Positions 24,153 through 35,243 are shown, numbered from the whole stretch's first letter. The stretch: DNA of 63,421 bases, filler included, from 5 parts of 5 records of this genome joined end to end with filler, not necessarily neighbours in it; one strand, 5' to 3'. Translations and numbers: made by a program. The notes: generated by a model from the sequence alone, not told the origin.

Positions 24153-25685
24153 CTAGAAAGGAACGTCATCTGAATCTGGCATTCCAAATGCGTCATTTGG
24201 AGATGGTAGGTCTTTTGTAATAAATGGATTAGATTCCTGGTTGCTATTTAGTTTAGACTGAAATTCAAAAGGGGTGTCAAAGGTATCTAAGTTTTCAAAC
24301 TTACCTAGGTTACCAACGAATTTAAGCCTAATGTTGTCTAAGCCACCATTTCTGTGTTTGGCCACAATAAATTCTGCCTGGCCGTCTGTTGGAGATCTTT
24401 CGTCGTCATCCCATTCCTCAATTTTATAGTATTCTGGTCTGTAGATAAAGGAAACAATATCTGCATCTTGCTCTATGGCTCCAGATTCCCTTAAATCGGA
24501 TAGTATTGGACGCTTTGAACCTCCCCTAGTCTCCACTGCCCTTGACAATTGAGACAGTGCTATTACAGGCACATTTAATTCCTTGGCTAAGGCCTTTAAG
24601 TTTCTAGAAATAGTTGAAATTTCTTGCTCTCTGTTTCCACCACCTTTTTGACTGGTTCCGGCAGTCATTAATTGAAGGTAATCTACAATAATAAGCTTTA
24701 TACCGTGCTGTGAGGCCAATCTCCTTGCTTTGGCCCTAAGGTCAAAAATGGATAAAGAGGGGGTGTCGTCTATAAATAAGGGAGCCGTTTCTAAGGCTTT
24801 TACCTTTACATTTAATTGCTCCCATTCATGTTTCTCTAGTTTACCAGTTCTTAGTTTTTCAGAAGACAATCCTGTTTCAGAAGAAATAAGCCTTGTGATT
24901 AACTGAACAGAAGACATCTCTAAAGAAAAGAAAGCGACACCTTGGTTGTTGTTCACCGCAATATTACGCGCCATAGAAAGGGTTAAAGCGGTTTTACCCA
25001 TACCAGGCCTAGCTGCTACAATAATTAAATCACTCGGTTGCCAACCTGAAGTAAGCTTGTCTAGCTTGTCAAAACCAGACGGAATACCACTCAGACCCTC
25101 TTTATTGGCAATCTCTTCAATTCGCTTCTTTGCTTGAATCACAAGGTTTTGCGCTGTTTCTGCGGAACGCTTTAAATTTCCTTGCGTCACGTCGTAAAGC
25201 TTAGATTCTGCTGCATCTAATAAATCAAAAACATCGGTGCTGTCTTCATAAGCTTCTTGTATAATCTCGTTGGAGATTTTGATAAGGCTTCGCTGAATAT
25301 ATTTCTGCAATATAATCCTCGCATGGAATTCAATGTGGGCAGAAGAAGCCACTTTTTGGGTCAGGTTTATGAGGTAAAAATCTCCCCCTACTTTTTCGAG
25401 TTTACCTTCTTTCTTTAATTGTGCAGAAACGGTTAATAAATCAATGGGTTCAGAGGTTTCAAACAAAGTGAAAACTGCCTCGTAGATAAACCTGTGGGCG
25501 TCTTTATAGAATACATCCGGATGTAAAATATCAATAACCTCATCTACCCCTTTTTTATCAATAAGCATTGCTCCCAACACAACCTCCTCTAAATCAATTG
25601 CTTGAGGCGGTATTTTGCCGCGTTCTAGCGTAACAAGTGTGGCGTTGTTAGGGGTGTTTCTAGTGAATGCTTGAGGGTTTTCCAT
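24153..25685 (-). CDS. dnaB: replicative DNA helicase DnaB
   Basis: PPQAIDLEE, AARPGMGKT, DYLQLM, SDLRESGAIEQDAD; no intein. Confidence 0.97.
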   Translation of the reverse strand: MENPQAFTRNTPNNATLVTLERGKIPPQAIDLEEVVLGAMLIDKKGVDEVIDILHPDVFYKDAHRFIYEAVFTLFETSEPIDLLTVSAQLKKEGKLEKVGGDFYLINLTQKVASSAHIEFHARIILQKYIQRSLIKISNEIIQEAYEDSTDVFDLLDAAESKLYDVTQGNLKRSAETAQNLVIQAKKRIEEIANKEGLSGIPSGFDKLDKLTSGWQPSDLIIVAARPGMGKTALTLSMARNIAVNNNQGVAFFSLEMSSVQLITRLISSETGLSSEKLRTGKLEKHEWEQLNVKVKALETAPLFIDDTPSLSIFDLRAKARRLASQHGIKLIIVDYLQLMTAGTSQKGGGNREQEISTISRNLKALAKELNVPVIALSQLSRAVETRGGSKRPILSDLRESGAIEQDADIVSFIYRPEYYKIEEWDDDERSPTDGQAEFIVAKHRNGGLDNIRLKFVGNLGKFENLDTFDTPFEFQSKLNSNQESNPFITKDLPSPNDAFGMPDSDDVPF

Positions 25686-25738
25686 AGTTGCTAATGTACG
25701 TAATAAGATAGGGTCAGACCTAAAAAAGTGCGTCCCGA

Positions 25739-25794
25739 CTATCCACCGTTCATTCACAATCTGACTGTTAATAAGTTACAAAAATTGTTGATAA
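25739..25794. promoter_or_regulatory. cluster of four DnaA-box-like 9-mers upstream of dnaB
   Basis: CTATCCACC, TCATTCACA (+); TTATTAACA, TTATCAACA (-), each 1-2 mismatches from TTATCCACA. Confidence 0.5.
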
Positions 25795-25800
25795 GCATAA

Positions 25801-25830
25801 AAAAACTGCTGTTAAAAAACAGCAGTTTTG
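25801..25830 (-). terminator. hairpin terminator after accA
   Basis: AAAACTGCTGTT-aaaa-AACAGCAGTTTT with A/T runs on both sides. Confidence 0.7.
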
Positions 25831-25853
25831 AAAAGACTTTATAAACTAGGGGT

Positions 25854-26807
25854 TTAGTCGTTATAGACACCCATATTAGCGTATTTTTCCATGCGGCTTG
25901 CCACCAATTCTTTTGGGGATAAGTTTTTGAGCTCATTAAAATGAGTGCTAATCTTTTGCTTGGCAATCTCAAACATTTTATCTCTATCACTGTGGGCACC
26001 ACCGGATGGTTCTCTCACAATTTCGTCAATAAGCTTGAGTTTTTTCATATCGGTAGCGGTTAGCTTAAGGGCGCTTGCGGCCAGTTCTTTATACTCCCAA
26101 CTTCTCCACAAAATAGAAGAACAAGATTCAGGAGAAATAACAGAATACCAGGTATTCTCTAACATCAGCACCTTATCTCCTACCCCTATTCCTAGCGCTC
26201 CACCAGAAGCACCTTCCCCAATAATCATCACAATGATAGGCACTTTAAGCCTGGTCATTTCAAGTATATTCCTCGCAATGGCTTCTCCTTGCCCTCTTTC
26301 TTCTGCTTCAATTCCAGGATATGCCCCTGGAGTATCTATAAGACACACTACTGGGATGTCAAATTTCTCCGCAGATTTCATGAGTCTAAGGGCTTTTCTA
26401 TAGCCTTCAGGATTGGCCATCCCAAAGTTTCTGTATTGTCTTGTCTTTGTATTGTAACCTTTTTGCTGGCCAATAAACATATAGGACTGGTCTCCAATTT
26501 TTCCCAAACCACCAATCATGGCTTTGTCATCCTTAACGGTTCTATCTCCGTGAAGTTCTAAGAAAGTCTCTCCACAAATGGCTTTGATATAATCTAAAGT
26601 GTAAGGTCTATTAGGATGCCTAGACAACTGAACCCTCTGCCAAGCAGTTAAGTTCTTGTAAATGTCTTTTTTGGTCTCTTGTAATTTTTTTTTAATTTGT
26701 TTACAGGTCTCGCTAACGTCTACGTCGCTCTCTTCTCCTATAATCACACACTTGTCTAGCTGGTCTTCTAGTTCCTTAATAGGAAGCTCAAAATCTAAAT
26801 ACTCCAT
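25854..26807 (-). CDS. accA: acetyl-CoA carboxylase carboxyltransferase alpha
   Basis: [32 protein letters not shown]. Confidence 0.97.
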   Translation of the reverse strand: MEYLDFELPIKELEDQLDKCVIIGEESDVDVSETCKQIKKKLQETKKDIYKNLTAWQRVQLSRHPNRPYTLDYIKAICGETFLELHGDRTVKDDKAMIGGLGKIGDQSYMFIGQQKGYNTKTRQYRNFGMANPEGYRKALRLMKSAEKFDIPVVCLIDTPGAYPGIEAEERGQGEAIARNILEMTRLKVPIIVMIIGEGASGGALGIGVGDKVLMLENTWYSVISPESCSSILWRSWEYKELAASALKLTATDMKKLKLIDEIVREPSGGAHSDRDKMFEIAKQKISTHFNELKNLSPKELVASRMEKYANMGVYND

Positions 26808-26859
26808 GGGGTGTTTTAATTGGTAACAACTGACAAATATAAAATTAATATGCTACAAT

Positions 26860-27756
26860 CTATGCCTTAGTTTTAGTTTTTAGCCTCAGCCTATTTTTTA
26901 AAATACCATTGGCAATTACCGTCAATAGTATGACACTGGCACCACCATAAAACATCGGGGTCATTTGCTCACTAGATCCGAAAATAAAAAAAGCGAGTAC
27001 AATGCCATATACTGGTTCTAGATTGGTGGTTAACATCACAGAATAAGGACTGATGAATGCCATGAGCTTTACAGAGGCTATAAAGGCATAGGCCGTACAT
27101 AGAGAAGCTAATAAAAACAAATACCCTATATCTGCTGTAGAAATAGCCCAAAAATCATTTGTGAAAGCACCGGTAAAAGCCAAATAAAAAGACAGTAGCA
27201 ATACCCCTCCTGCCATTTCATAAAAGACTATGATAGAAGGTTTAAATCTTGCGATGTACAGGCCGTTGATCATAGAAAAAACAGCCACCAAAAAAGCAGA
27301 GGTAACCGCTAAAAGAATGCCCTGCCAATAGTGGGTTTCTACTTTAAAGATAATTCCCAAACCAAAAACAACCATCAGACCAAATAACACTTCGTAACCC
27401 ACCAATTTTCTCTTGTACCACAAAGGTTCTAGGAATGCTGCAAATAAAGCCCCTACTGACATACAAGCCAAAGCTATGGAAACATTAGATACTTTTATAG
27501 CTTTAAAAAAAGTCACCCAATGAAGGGCTATTATAGCCCCCGTTCCCAATAGGCCAAGCACCGTTCTAATAGGCAAACGCCAAGAAAAACGCATGAGGTT
27601 AATATATATAAATACCAAAACCATGGCCATAGCCATTCTGTACCAGACCAATGGAAGTGCGTCTATAGAAATAAGCTTTCCTATGACTGCAGTAAAACCC
27701 CAGATAAATACAATTAAATGAAGGTGTGCGAAGTGCTTAAAATTAGCGTTTGGCAT
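26860..27756 (-). CDS. EamA/DMT family transporter
   Basis: ~10 TM segments, IWGFT, NLEPVYGI. Confidence 0.88.
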   Translation of the reverse strand: MPNANFKHFAHLHLIVFIWGFTAVIGKLISIDALPLVWYRMAMAMVLVFIYINLMRFSWRLPIRTVLGLLGTGAIIALHWVTFFKAIKVSNVSIALACMSVGALFAAFLEPLWYKRKLVGYEVLFGLMVVFGLGIIFKVETHYWQGILLAVTSAFLVAVFSMINGLYIARFKPSIIVFYEMAGGVLLLSFYLAFTGAFTNDFWAISTADIGYLFLLASLCTAYAFIASVKLMAFISPYSVMLTTNLEPVYGIVLAFFIFGSSEQMTPMFYGGASVILLTVIANGILKNRLRLKTKTKA

Positions 27757-28822
27757 TATTTAAAAGATAAACAGCTATAAAACTAAAAAGAATATTAGGG
27801 ACTAGAATAGCCACTAGTGGGGACAAGCCAGACTGTTGCGCCAAGGTACCAAATACCCTATCAAAAAAGATGTAAATAAAAGCCACACAAATACCAAATG
27901 CCAAGTTAACACCCATACCACCCCTTCGCTTTGCGGCAGAAACCCCCACAGCAATAAACGTGAGAATAAATGCTGTAAAAGGAAGTGCCCAGCGCTTGTA
28001 TTTAACCATAATGTAAGTATTGATATTACTGGCGCCTTTTCGCTTTTGGTCTGCTATAAAGTCGTTTAATTCAATTAAGTTTTTTGTTTCTGCTATGTAT
28101 GAAACCGGAGTAAGATCCGATATTTTAAATGCAAAAACAGTATCTAAGGTTGCTTTGCTTTCAATTCTTGCAAGGCTGTCCGTAAAATACCTCTTCTCAA
28201 AAGAAGTGAGCTGATACATAGAATCTTTTTCCCTCCACCTAATTGTTGCAGCACTGATTTTATAATCCAATTCATTGTGCTCGTTAAAATGTTCGAGGGT
28301 GAAATTATACCCCCTAGACCTGCTTGGATCATAACTACTCACATACAAGAAATCATTTTCATTTACCTGATTGAAAATGTTGTTGGTAATGCGGTCTTCT
28401 TTTCCTTTTTTGAGGTACTTAAAAATAAACTCATTATACCCTTTACTCGCATGAGGCACAATAAACATCACCATAAAAAACATGAGCGCAGCAATAATAC
28501 TCGCCCCAATAAAATAGGGCCTTAAAAACCTATTAAATGACACACCAGAGCTTAAAATAGCGACTATTTCTGTATTGTTTGCCAGCTTAGAGGTGAAGAA
28601 AATAACGGATAAAAAAAGAAAAATAGGAAAGAGTAAGCTCCCAATGTATATGGTGAAGTTACCGTAATACACCAATACTTCTTCCAAAGGGGCATTGTTG
28701 TCTATAATCTTACCTACCTGCTCCGCCAGGTTGGCCATAATTCCAATAGGTACAAATAGTATTAGCATCACCGAGAAGGTGAGTAAGTATCTTTTGAGTA
28801 TATACCAATCTAGAATCTTCAC
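27743..28822 (-). CDS. LptF/LptG family LPS export permease
   Basis: KILDWYILKRYL, NTEIVAILSSGVS, RRGGMG. Confidence 0.9.
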   Translation of the reverse strand: MKILDWYILKRYLLTFSVMLILFVPIGIMANLAEQVGKIIDNNAPLEEVLVYYGNFTIYIGSLLFPIFLFLSVIFFTSKLANNTEIVAILSSGVSFNRFLRPYFIGASIIAALMFFMVMFIVPHASKGYNEFIFKYLKKGKEDRITNNIFNQVNENDFLYVSSYDPSRSRGYNFTLEHFNEHNELDYKISAATIRWREKDSMYQLTSFEKRYFTDSLARIESKATLDTVFAFKISDLTPVSYIAETKNLIELNDFIADQKRKGASNINTYIMVKYKRWALPFTAFILTFIAVGVSAAKRRGGMGVNLAFGICVAFIYIFFDRVFGTLAQQSGLSPLVAILVPNILFSFIAVYLLNNAKR

Positions 28823-28824
28823 TA

Positions 28825-29955
28825 CTACAGTCGTTTATCCATTTGAACCACCATCATTGCTTTCCAAGCAGCAAATTCTCCTGCAATAATTTTTTCTCTA
28901 GCAGTGCGAACCAACCACATATAAAAGCCTAAGTTATGAATGGTAGCAATTTGTTTTCCCAAGTATTCATTGGCAGCAAACAAATGGCGCAAATACGCTT
29001 TTGAGTATTCTGTATCTACAAAGGTATGACCCATTTCATCTATAGCTGAAAAATCTGCCTCCCACTTTTTATTTTTAATATTTATGGTCCCGTGCGCTGT
29101 AAAAAGCATGCCATTTCTGGCGTTTCTAGTAGGCATAACACAGTCAAACATATCTATTCCTAAAGCAATATTCTCCAAAATATTAATCGGAGTTCCCACC
29201 CCCATTAAATACCTAGGCTTGTCTTCTGGAAGCACTTCACAAACCACTTCAGTCATAGCGTACATCTCATCTGCAGGCTCCCCTACTGACAAACCGCCAA
29301 TGGCGTTACCTTGGGCACCTACAGAGGCAATAAACTCTGCAGACTGTCTCCTAAGGTCTTTATAAGTGGATCCTTGAACAATAGGAAAAAAAGTCTGTTC
29401 GTAGTCGTAAGTATAGGGTGTTTTCTCCAGATGCGTCATACAACGATCCAACCATCTGTGGGTCATATGCATGGACCTTTTGGCGTAGGAGTAATCACAA
29501 GGATAAGGGGTGCATTCATCAAAGGCCATGATAATATCTGCGCCAATATTGCGCTGGATTTCCATGACATTTTCAGGGGTGAAAAAGTGATAAGACCCGT
29601 CAATATGGGATTTAAATTTCACCCCTTCTTCCTTTATTTTTCTGTTAGAAGAAAGCGAATACACCTGGTAACCACCACTGTCTGTAAGAATATTTTTATC
29701 CCAGCCCATAAATTTGTGGAGCCCACCAGCTTTCATCAGAATATCTGTTTTTGGCCTCAAATACAAATGGTAGGTATTCCCTAAAATAATATCTGGCTTA
29801 ATCTCTTCTTTTAGCTCACGCTGATGCACTCCTTTTACAGAAGCCACCGTACCTACAGGCATAAAAATAGGGGTTTCAATAATACCGTGGTCTGTTTCTA
29901 AAGTAGCTGCCCGAGCTTTAGATTGTTGGTCTCTATGGGATAAGTTGAATTTCAA
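28825..29955 (-). CDS. tgt: tRNA-guanine transglycosylase
   Basis: TPIFMPVGT, LTDSGGYQ, DMFDCVMPTRNARNG; probable TTG start. Confidence 0.97.
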   Translation of the reverse strand: MKFNLSHRDQQSKARAATLETDHGIIETPIFMPVGTVASVKGVHQRELKEEIKPDIILGNTYHLYLRPKTDILMKAGGLHKFMGWDKNILTDSGGYQVYSLSSNRKIKEEGVKFKSHIDGSYHFFTPENVMEIQRNIGADIIMAFDECTPYPCDYSYAKRSMHMTHRWLDRCMTHLEKTPYTYDYEQTFFPIVQGSTYKDLRRQSAEFIASVGAQGNAIGGLSVGEPADEMYAMTEVVCEVLPEDKPRYLMGVGTPINILENIALGIDMFDCVMPTRNARNGMLFTAHGTINIKNKKWEADFSAIDEMGHTFVDTEYSKAYLRHLFAANEYLGKQIATIHNLGFYMWLVRTAREKIIAGEFAAWKAMMVVQMDKRL

Positions 29956-30115
29956 AGTATATAAATCTAGCCGCAAATATACTAAACCCCTATGGAGTAT
30001 TCACTTTAGAGGCTATAAAATAAAATGCCATTTCGTTGATAAATAGTAACAACTCAAGTTGTGTAGCCCATATAAGGGCCTTATTTTTACGCCTGTTAAA
30101 CTACCCAATAAAAAC

Positions 30116-30961
30116 ATGGCAAATATTACAGAATTAAACCAATTGACTACGCAGGTCAGAAGAGACATTTTGCGTATGGTACACAAAGTAAACTCTGGTC
30201 ACCCTGGAGGTTCCTTAGGATGTGCTGAATTTTTTGTAGCCCTTTACAATGAAGTAATGGAGCTAAAAGAAGGTTTTGATATGGACGGTAAAGAAGAAGA
30301 TTTATTCTTTTTATCCAATGGACATATCTCTCCTGTATTTTACAGTGTTCTTGCGCGTAGGGGTTATTTCCCTGTGGCAGAATTAAGTACATTCAGATTG
30401 ATCAATTCAAGACTTCAAGGACACCCAACTACGCATGAAGGTTTGCCTGGAATAAGAATGGCTTCTGGTTCTTTGGGACAGGGAATGTCTGTGGCCATTG
30501 GCGCAGCACAAGCTAAAAAACTCAACAATGATTCTCATCTAGTGTACAGCCTTCATGGCGATGGAGAACTACAAGAAGGTCAAAATTGGGAAGCCATTAT
30601 GTATGCTTCAGCAAAAAAAGTAGACAACCTCATTGCAACAATAGACTTAAATGGACAGCAAATAGATGGTTCAACAGACCACGTATTGTACATGGGAGAT
30701 ATAGCAGCCAAATTCAAAGCTTTTGACTGGGAAGTACTTTCAATTGAAAAAGGAAATGACATGTCTGCTATAATAGAAGGTTTAAAAAAAGCCAAATCCC
30801 TTAGTGGCCAAGGAAAACCTGTTTGTGTACTCATGCACACCGTAATGGGTAATGGGGTAGATTTTATGATGCATACCCACGCATGGCATGGTAAAGCACC
30901 AAATGACGAACAACTAGCCAACGGACTGGCTCAAAATCCTGAAACTTTAGGGGACTACTAA
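30116..30961 (+). CDS. transketolase N-terminal subunit
   Basis: SGHPGGSL, LQGHP, GSLGQG, GDGELQEG TPP-binding motif. Confidence 0.95.
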   Translation: MANITELNQLTTQVRRDILRMVHKVNSGHPGGSLGCAEFFVALYNEVMELKEGFDMDGKEEDLFFLSNGHISPVFYSVLARRGYFPVAELSTFRLINSRLQGHPTTHEGLPGIRMASGSLGQGMSVAIGAAQAKKLNNDSHLVYSLHGDGELQEGQNWEAIMYASAKKVDNLIATIDLNGQQIDGSTDHVLYMGDIAAKFKAFDWEVLSIEKGNDMSAIIEGLKKAKSLSGQGKPVCVLMHTVMGNGVDFMMHTHAWHGKAPNDEQLANGLAQNPETLGDY

Positions 30962-30972
30962 ACCACAATAAG

Positions 30973-31926
30973 ATGAAAAAATATATAGATACAGGGAAAA
31001 AAGATACTAGAAGTGGTTTTGGTGCAGGATTGGCCCATTTAGGAAGAACCAATAAAAATGTAGTTGCATTGTGTGCAGACCTTATAGGTTCCTTAAAAAT
31101 GGATGAATTTATTGCTGAGAACCCAGAACGTTTTTATCAAATAGGTATTGCAGAAGCAAATATGATTGGAATTGCCGCTGGATTAACAATTGGAGGAAAA
31201 ATTCCATTCACTGGTACATTTGCCAACTTTTCTACTGGTAGGGTATACGATCAAATCAGGCAATCTGTTGCTTACTCAGATAAGAATGTTAAAATATGTG
31301 CCTCACATGCAGGATTAACCTTAGGAGAAGACGGTGCTACACACCAAATCCTTGAAGATATAGGTTTAATGAAAATGCTACCAGGAATGGTGGTCATTAA
31401 TACCTGTGATTACAACCAAACAAAAGCGGCTACCATTGCAATAGCAGATTACCATGGTCCTGTTTACTTGCGTTTTGGAAGACCTGCTGTGGCTAATTTT
31501 ACTCCGGAAGACGCCCCATTTGAAATAGGTAAAGCTATAATTTTACAAGAAGGTACAGACGTTACCATCGTGGCCACTGGTCACCTTGTTTGGGAAGCTT
31601 TAATTGCCGCTGAACAATTAGCAGAAAAAGGGATAAGTGCAGAGGTCATTAATATACACACCATTAAACCACTAGACGAAGCCGCTATTTTAGCTTCAGT
31701 AGCCAAAACATCTTGTATTGTTACTGCTGAAGAGCACAATATCTTAGGGGGATTAGGAGAAAGTGTTGCGAGGACTTTGGCTTCAAAACATCCTGTACCA
31801 CAAGAATTTATTGGTACAAATGACACTTTTGGAGAAAGTGGCACACCAGCACAACTTATGGAGAAATACGGATTAAACGCAGCAGCTATTACAAATGCTT
31901 GTGAAAAAGTAATAAAACGCAAATAA
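30973..31926 (+). CDS. transketolase C-terminal subunit
   Basis: GIAEANM, GEDGATHQ, TAEEH. Confidence 0.95.
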   Translation: MKKYIDTGKKDTRSGFGAGLAHLGRTNKNVVALCADLIGSLKMDEFIAENPERFYQIGIAEANMIGIAAGLTIGGKIPFTGTFANFSTGRVYDQIRQSVAYSDKNVKICASHAGLTLGEDGATHQILEDIGLMKMLPGMVVINTCDYNQTKAATIAIADYHGPVYLRFGRPAVANFTPEDAPFEIGKAIILQEGTDVTIVATGHLVWEALIAAEQLAEKGISAEVINIHTIKPLDEAAILASVAKTSCIVTAEEHNILGGLGESVARTLASKHPVPQEFIGTNDTFGESGTPAQLMEKYGLNAAAITNACEKVIKRK

Positions 31927-32014
31927 ATTCGTTATAATACAAATGTCCAAAGGCGCATTTTAATTCTTTTAAAAAAAACTTAAAATGCATCTTTTACTTT
32001 AAATACAAATTAAG

Positions 32015-32632
32015 ATGAAAAAAGTATTACTTATAGCTTTGGCCTTAGTCACTTTTCAAGGCTTTGCACAGAAAGAAACAGGTATAGGAATTAAAGCTGG
32101 GGTAAATTACAGCCAGAACGGAGATTTAAAAACTGCTGTAAGCAGTACTGCAAATGACCTTATTTCAGGATCTGATCAAAAAATGGGGTACCACCTTGGC
32201 CTTTATGCTAAAATGAAATTGCCTATTTTTTATCTCAGACCAGAATTGATCTTCACCCATACCAAAAGTGCTTATGATTTTTCAGGGAGCAGTGGGGTTT
32301 ACAGCCAATCTAAAATAGACCTGCCCATTCTTTTAGGATATGAAATTCTAGGTCCTCTACATGTGTTTGCTGGTCCTTCTATTCAATTTGTTTTAGGCAA
32401 TGATTTTGATATAAAACAGGTTGCATTAACCGATTTAGAAAAAAACACTACGATTGGTTTTCAATTCGGAGCTGGTTTAAATCTGGGACGTCTGGGCTTA
32501 GATGTGAGGTTTGAAAGGGGATTAAGTCCAAATCAAATTTCGCTGATCAACAACAATATCACTAGTGTTTCTGAAAGCTTTATAGACACAAGGCCTACCC
32601 AAGTGATCTTTGCTTTGTCTTACGCTTTATAG
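32015..32632 (+). CDS. outer-membrane beta-barrel protein (PorT/OMP_b-brl-like)
   Basis: signal peptide, GIKAGVNY, AGPS, C-terminal amphipathic strand. Confidence 0.75.
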   Translation: MKKVLLIALALVTFQGFAQKETGIGIKAGVNYSQNGDLKTAVSSTANDLISGSDQKMGYHLGLYAKMKLPIFYLRPELIFTHTKSAYDFSGSSGVYSQSKIDLPILLGYEILGPLHVFAGPSIQFVLGNDFDIKQVALTDLEKNTTIGFQFGAGLNLGRLGLDVRFERGLSPNQISLINNNITSVSESFIDTRPTQVIFALSYAL

Positions 32633-32648
32633 CATAAAATAACAAGTC

Positions 32649-32683
32649 AAAAAAAAAGCCCTGCAATGCAGGGCTTTTTTTTT
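32649..32683. terminator. bidirectional intrinsic terminator
   Basis: A-run GCCCTGCA-a-TGCAGGGC T-run between convergent genes. Confidence 0.88.
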
Positions 32684-33626
32684 AATCTTTATCTAGATAG
32701 TCCGGGATACCGTCGCCATCTGAGTCGGTAAAAGTGATGGATCCGTCTGCATTAATGACAATTTCCTCTCTGGTAGGAATACCATCGTTGTCGTCATCTG
32801 AATCTGCGTGATTGGCTAAAGCCTGCTGGAAGCTACTGGCCTCTTCAGCTGCATCTGTATTATCGTTACCTAAAATCCCGTCCCCATTTAAATCTTCTAA
32901 TATGGAGGGAATTCCGTCGTTGTCATAATCTGTGTCTACAACAAATTTACCCAATTCAATAGAAAACATGAGTGGCGTATAAGCTGGAATAACACCAGAA
33001 CTAGAGTTGTAGTAACCTAGGGCAGAAGGAAAAACAAACAAGCCAATCCCACTGTCGGTAAACGTAGTGGTTCCATCAGGATGGTTCTCCACGTTAAGAC
33101 CAGCTTTAAGCTTATTTACACCCAACTGATACCCTCTAATCGTAAAGGGAAGGTATTGCCACAAGAAACTAGCAGAAGCGTCAAATGATTTGCCATTTAA
33201 AAAACTCCCCTCATACTTAATAAGTGTAGAATCTGCAACGGTAGGAGAGATTCCACTTCCACCTTCTCTAACAACCAAATAATAATAGGTGTGGTTCACC
33301 ACCTCTTTAGTGTCTAAACCATAATAATCAGAATCAATAGCTATGGTTTCTGATTGCATCATTTGGGAAAGCGGCGTTTTATTCACGTTGTCACCAGCTA
33401 GCGTGTCTACCCTTACTTTGAAGTCAAAACCTTCTGGTGGATTCTGAAAAGACTCATAATTGTAAAAATGTGTCTCCAAAAAAGCAGAAATATCTTCAGC
33501 ATTGGTTGGTTCAACCTCACTTAAAGTAAGTGGCGGAATTGTTTCTACCCCTATTATCTCATTTTTTTTACAAGAAATAACAGTGAGTAATACAAAAGCA
33601 CAAAGGAATATAGTGTTCTTAGACAT
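32682..33626 (-). CDS. FKBP-type PPIase lipoprotein with C-terminal DxDxDG calcium-binding repeats
   Basis: lipobox VISC, YEGSFLNGKSFD, PSALGY..IP..TPL.F; DYDNDG, DLNGDG, DDDNDG, DSDGDG. Confidence 0.85.
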   Translation of the reverse strand: MSKNTIFLCAFVLLTVISCKKNEIIGVETIPPLTLSEVEPTNAEDISAFLETHFYNYESFQNPPEGFDFKVRVDTLAGDNVNKTPLSQMMQSETIAIDSDYYGLDTKEVVNHTYYYLVVREGGSGISPTVADSTLIKYEGSFLNGKSFDASASFLWQYLPFTIRGYQLGVNKLKAGLNVENHPDGTTTFTDSGIGLFVFPSALGYYNSSSGVIPAYTPLMFSIELGKFVVDTDYDNDGIPSILEDLNGDGILGNDNTDAAEEASSFQQALANHADSDDDNDGIPTREEIVINADGSITFTDSDGDGIPDYLDKD

Positions 33627-33705
33627 TTAGAATCATTTTAAGGCCGGCAAGATACAATTTTCCCTTATTTTTGTCAGAGACATTAACAAAGAATTTGTAT
33701 TGTTT

Positions 33706-34095
33706 ATGCGTTTAGATAAATACCTGTGGGCTCTGAGATATTTTAAGACCAGAAACATTGCTTCAGAAGCGTGTAAGAAGGGTCAAATCAGGGTTAATGA
33801 TCAAATTGCCAAGCCTTCCAGAGAAGTATATCCTATGGATAAACTCCTCATTAGAAAAAATCAAATCAATTTTCAGTGTACCGTGCTGGACATACCTGCT
33901 AGCAGGTTGGGTGCTAAATTGGTGGACATGTACCGCAAAGACACCACTCCACTAGAAGCTTTAGAACAACACAAAGTAGCCACACTTGCACAAGAACACT
34001 ATAGGAAAAGTGGTACAGGAAGACCTACAAAGAAAGAAAGAAGAGACCTCTCTGACTACGCCCAAGAGAACGAGGAAAATAAAGATTGGGAATAA
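33706..34095 (+). CDS. hslR: S4-domain RNA-binding protein Hsp15
   Basis: MRLDKYLWALRYFKTR, GRPTKKERR. Confidence 0.88.
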   Translation: MRLDKYLWALRYFKTRNIASEACKKGQIRVNDQIAKPSREVYPMDKLLIRKNQINFQCTVLDIPASRLGAKLVDMYRKDTTPLEALEQHKVATLAQEHYRKSGTGRPTKKERRDLSDYAQENEENKDWE

Positions 34096-34109
34096 GAACA
34101 CAGCACCGT

Positions 34110-34724
34110 ATGAATACAAATGAAGACTTAAATCAAGCCTATTGGGAAGAGAGATACCACAACCATCAAACTGCTTGGGACATTGGAGCTATTTCTCCTC
34201 CAATGAAATCTGCTATAGACCAACTGGCCTTCCAATATCCGGATAAAAAAGATTTAAATATCTTAATTCCTGGCGCTGGTATGGGATATGAAGCCATTTA
34301 TTTGCATCAAAAAGGCTATACCAATGTCCATGTCTTAGATATTGCCAAAAAACCCTTAGCTGAAATTGCACTTAAATGCGAGAATTTTCCTGAAGATCAC
34401 TTGCACTGCACAAACTTCTTTGATTTTCAAAAGGAACCTTTTGATATGATCCTTGAACAAACATTTTTTTGCGCTATACCACCTAATAATAGAGAAATGT
34501 ACGCCCGTAAAATGCATGAATTGTTAAAGCCAAAAGGTATTTTAACTGGCCTATTATTTAATTTTCCTTTAACGGATGATGGACCTCCATTTGGTGGCAG
34601 CATAGAAGAATATTTGGATTTATTTGACCCTTATTTTTTAGTAAATTTCATGGAAACTGCTCAAAATTCAATAAAACCTCGGGAAGACAAAGAACTCTTC
34701 TTTATATTTGAGAATAGAATATAA
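34110..34724 (+). CDS. TPMT-like SAM-dependent methyltransferase
   Basis: YWEERY...WDIG, LIPGAGMG, EQTFFCA, GPPFG. Confidence 0.88.
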   Translation: MNTNEDLNQAYWEERYHNHQTAWDIGAISPPMKSAIDQLAFQYPDKKDLNILIPGAGMGYEAIYLHQKGYTNVHVLDIAKKPLAEIALKCENFPEDHLHCTNFFDFQKEPFDMILEQTFFCAIPPNNREMYARKMHELLKPKGILTGLLFNFPLTDDGPPFGGSIEEYLDLFDPYFLVNFMETAQNSIKPREDKELFFIFENRI

Positions 34725-34748
34725 AAATCAGTCCTAAACACACGCAAT

Positions 34749-35243
34749 ATGTCACTTCAGATATTAACACACCAAGAGATAGCCCATAAAATTCAAAGAA
34801 TTGCTTACCAAATCTATGAATCTAATGTAGATGAGAAAGAAATTGTAGTGGCTGGGATTATAGGTACTGGTCTTGAATTCGCCAAAAAGATTAGCCGCGT
34901 ACTTGAAGAGATTACTACGGCCAATATCTTACTCTGTGAATTAAAAATGGATAAGAAAAATCCACTAAAAGGGGTGAGTACTTCTGTAGACAAAAGTGAT
35001 TACGAGAACAAATCTGTGGTACTGGTAGACGACGTTTTAAATTCAGGAAGCACCCTAATATACGGGGTACACCATTTTCTTCAAGTGCCACTAAAACAAA
35101 TAAAAACAGCGGTTTTGGTCAACAGAAATCATAAAAAATATCCTGTAAAAGCAGATTTTAAAGGTATTTCCCTCTCCACTTCCTTACAAGAACACATTGA
35201 AGTAAGGTTTGAAAAGGACAATGACGCCGTCTATCTAAAGTGA
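34749..35243 (+). CDS. phosphoribosyltransferase family protein (PyrR-like)
   Basis: VVLVDDVLNSGST PRPP motif, RIAYQIYE. Confidence 0.85.
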   Translation: MSLQILTHQEIAHKIQRIAYQIYESNVDEKEIVVAGIIGTGLEFAKKISRVLEEITTANILLCELKMDKKNPLKGVSTSVDKSDYENKSVVLVDDVLNSGSTLIYGVHHFLQVPLKQIKTAVLVNRNHKKYPVKADFKGISLSTSLQEHIEVRFEKDNDAVYLK

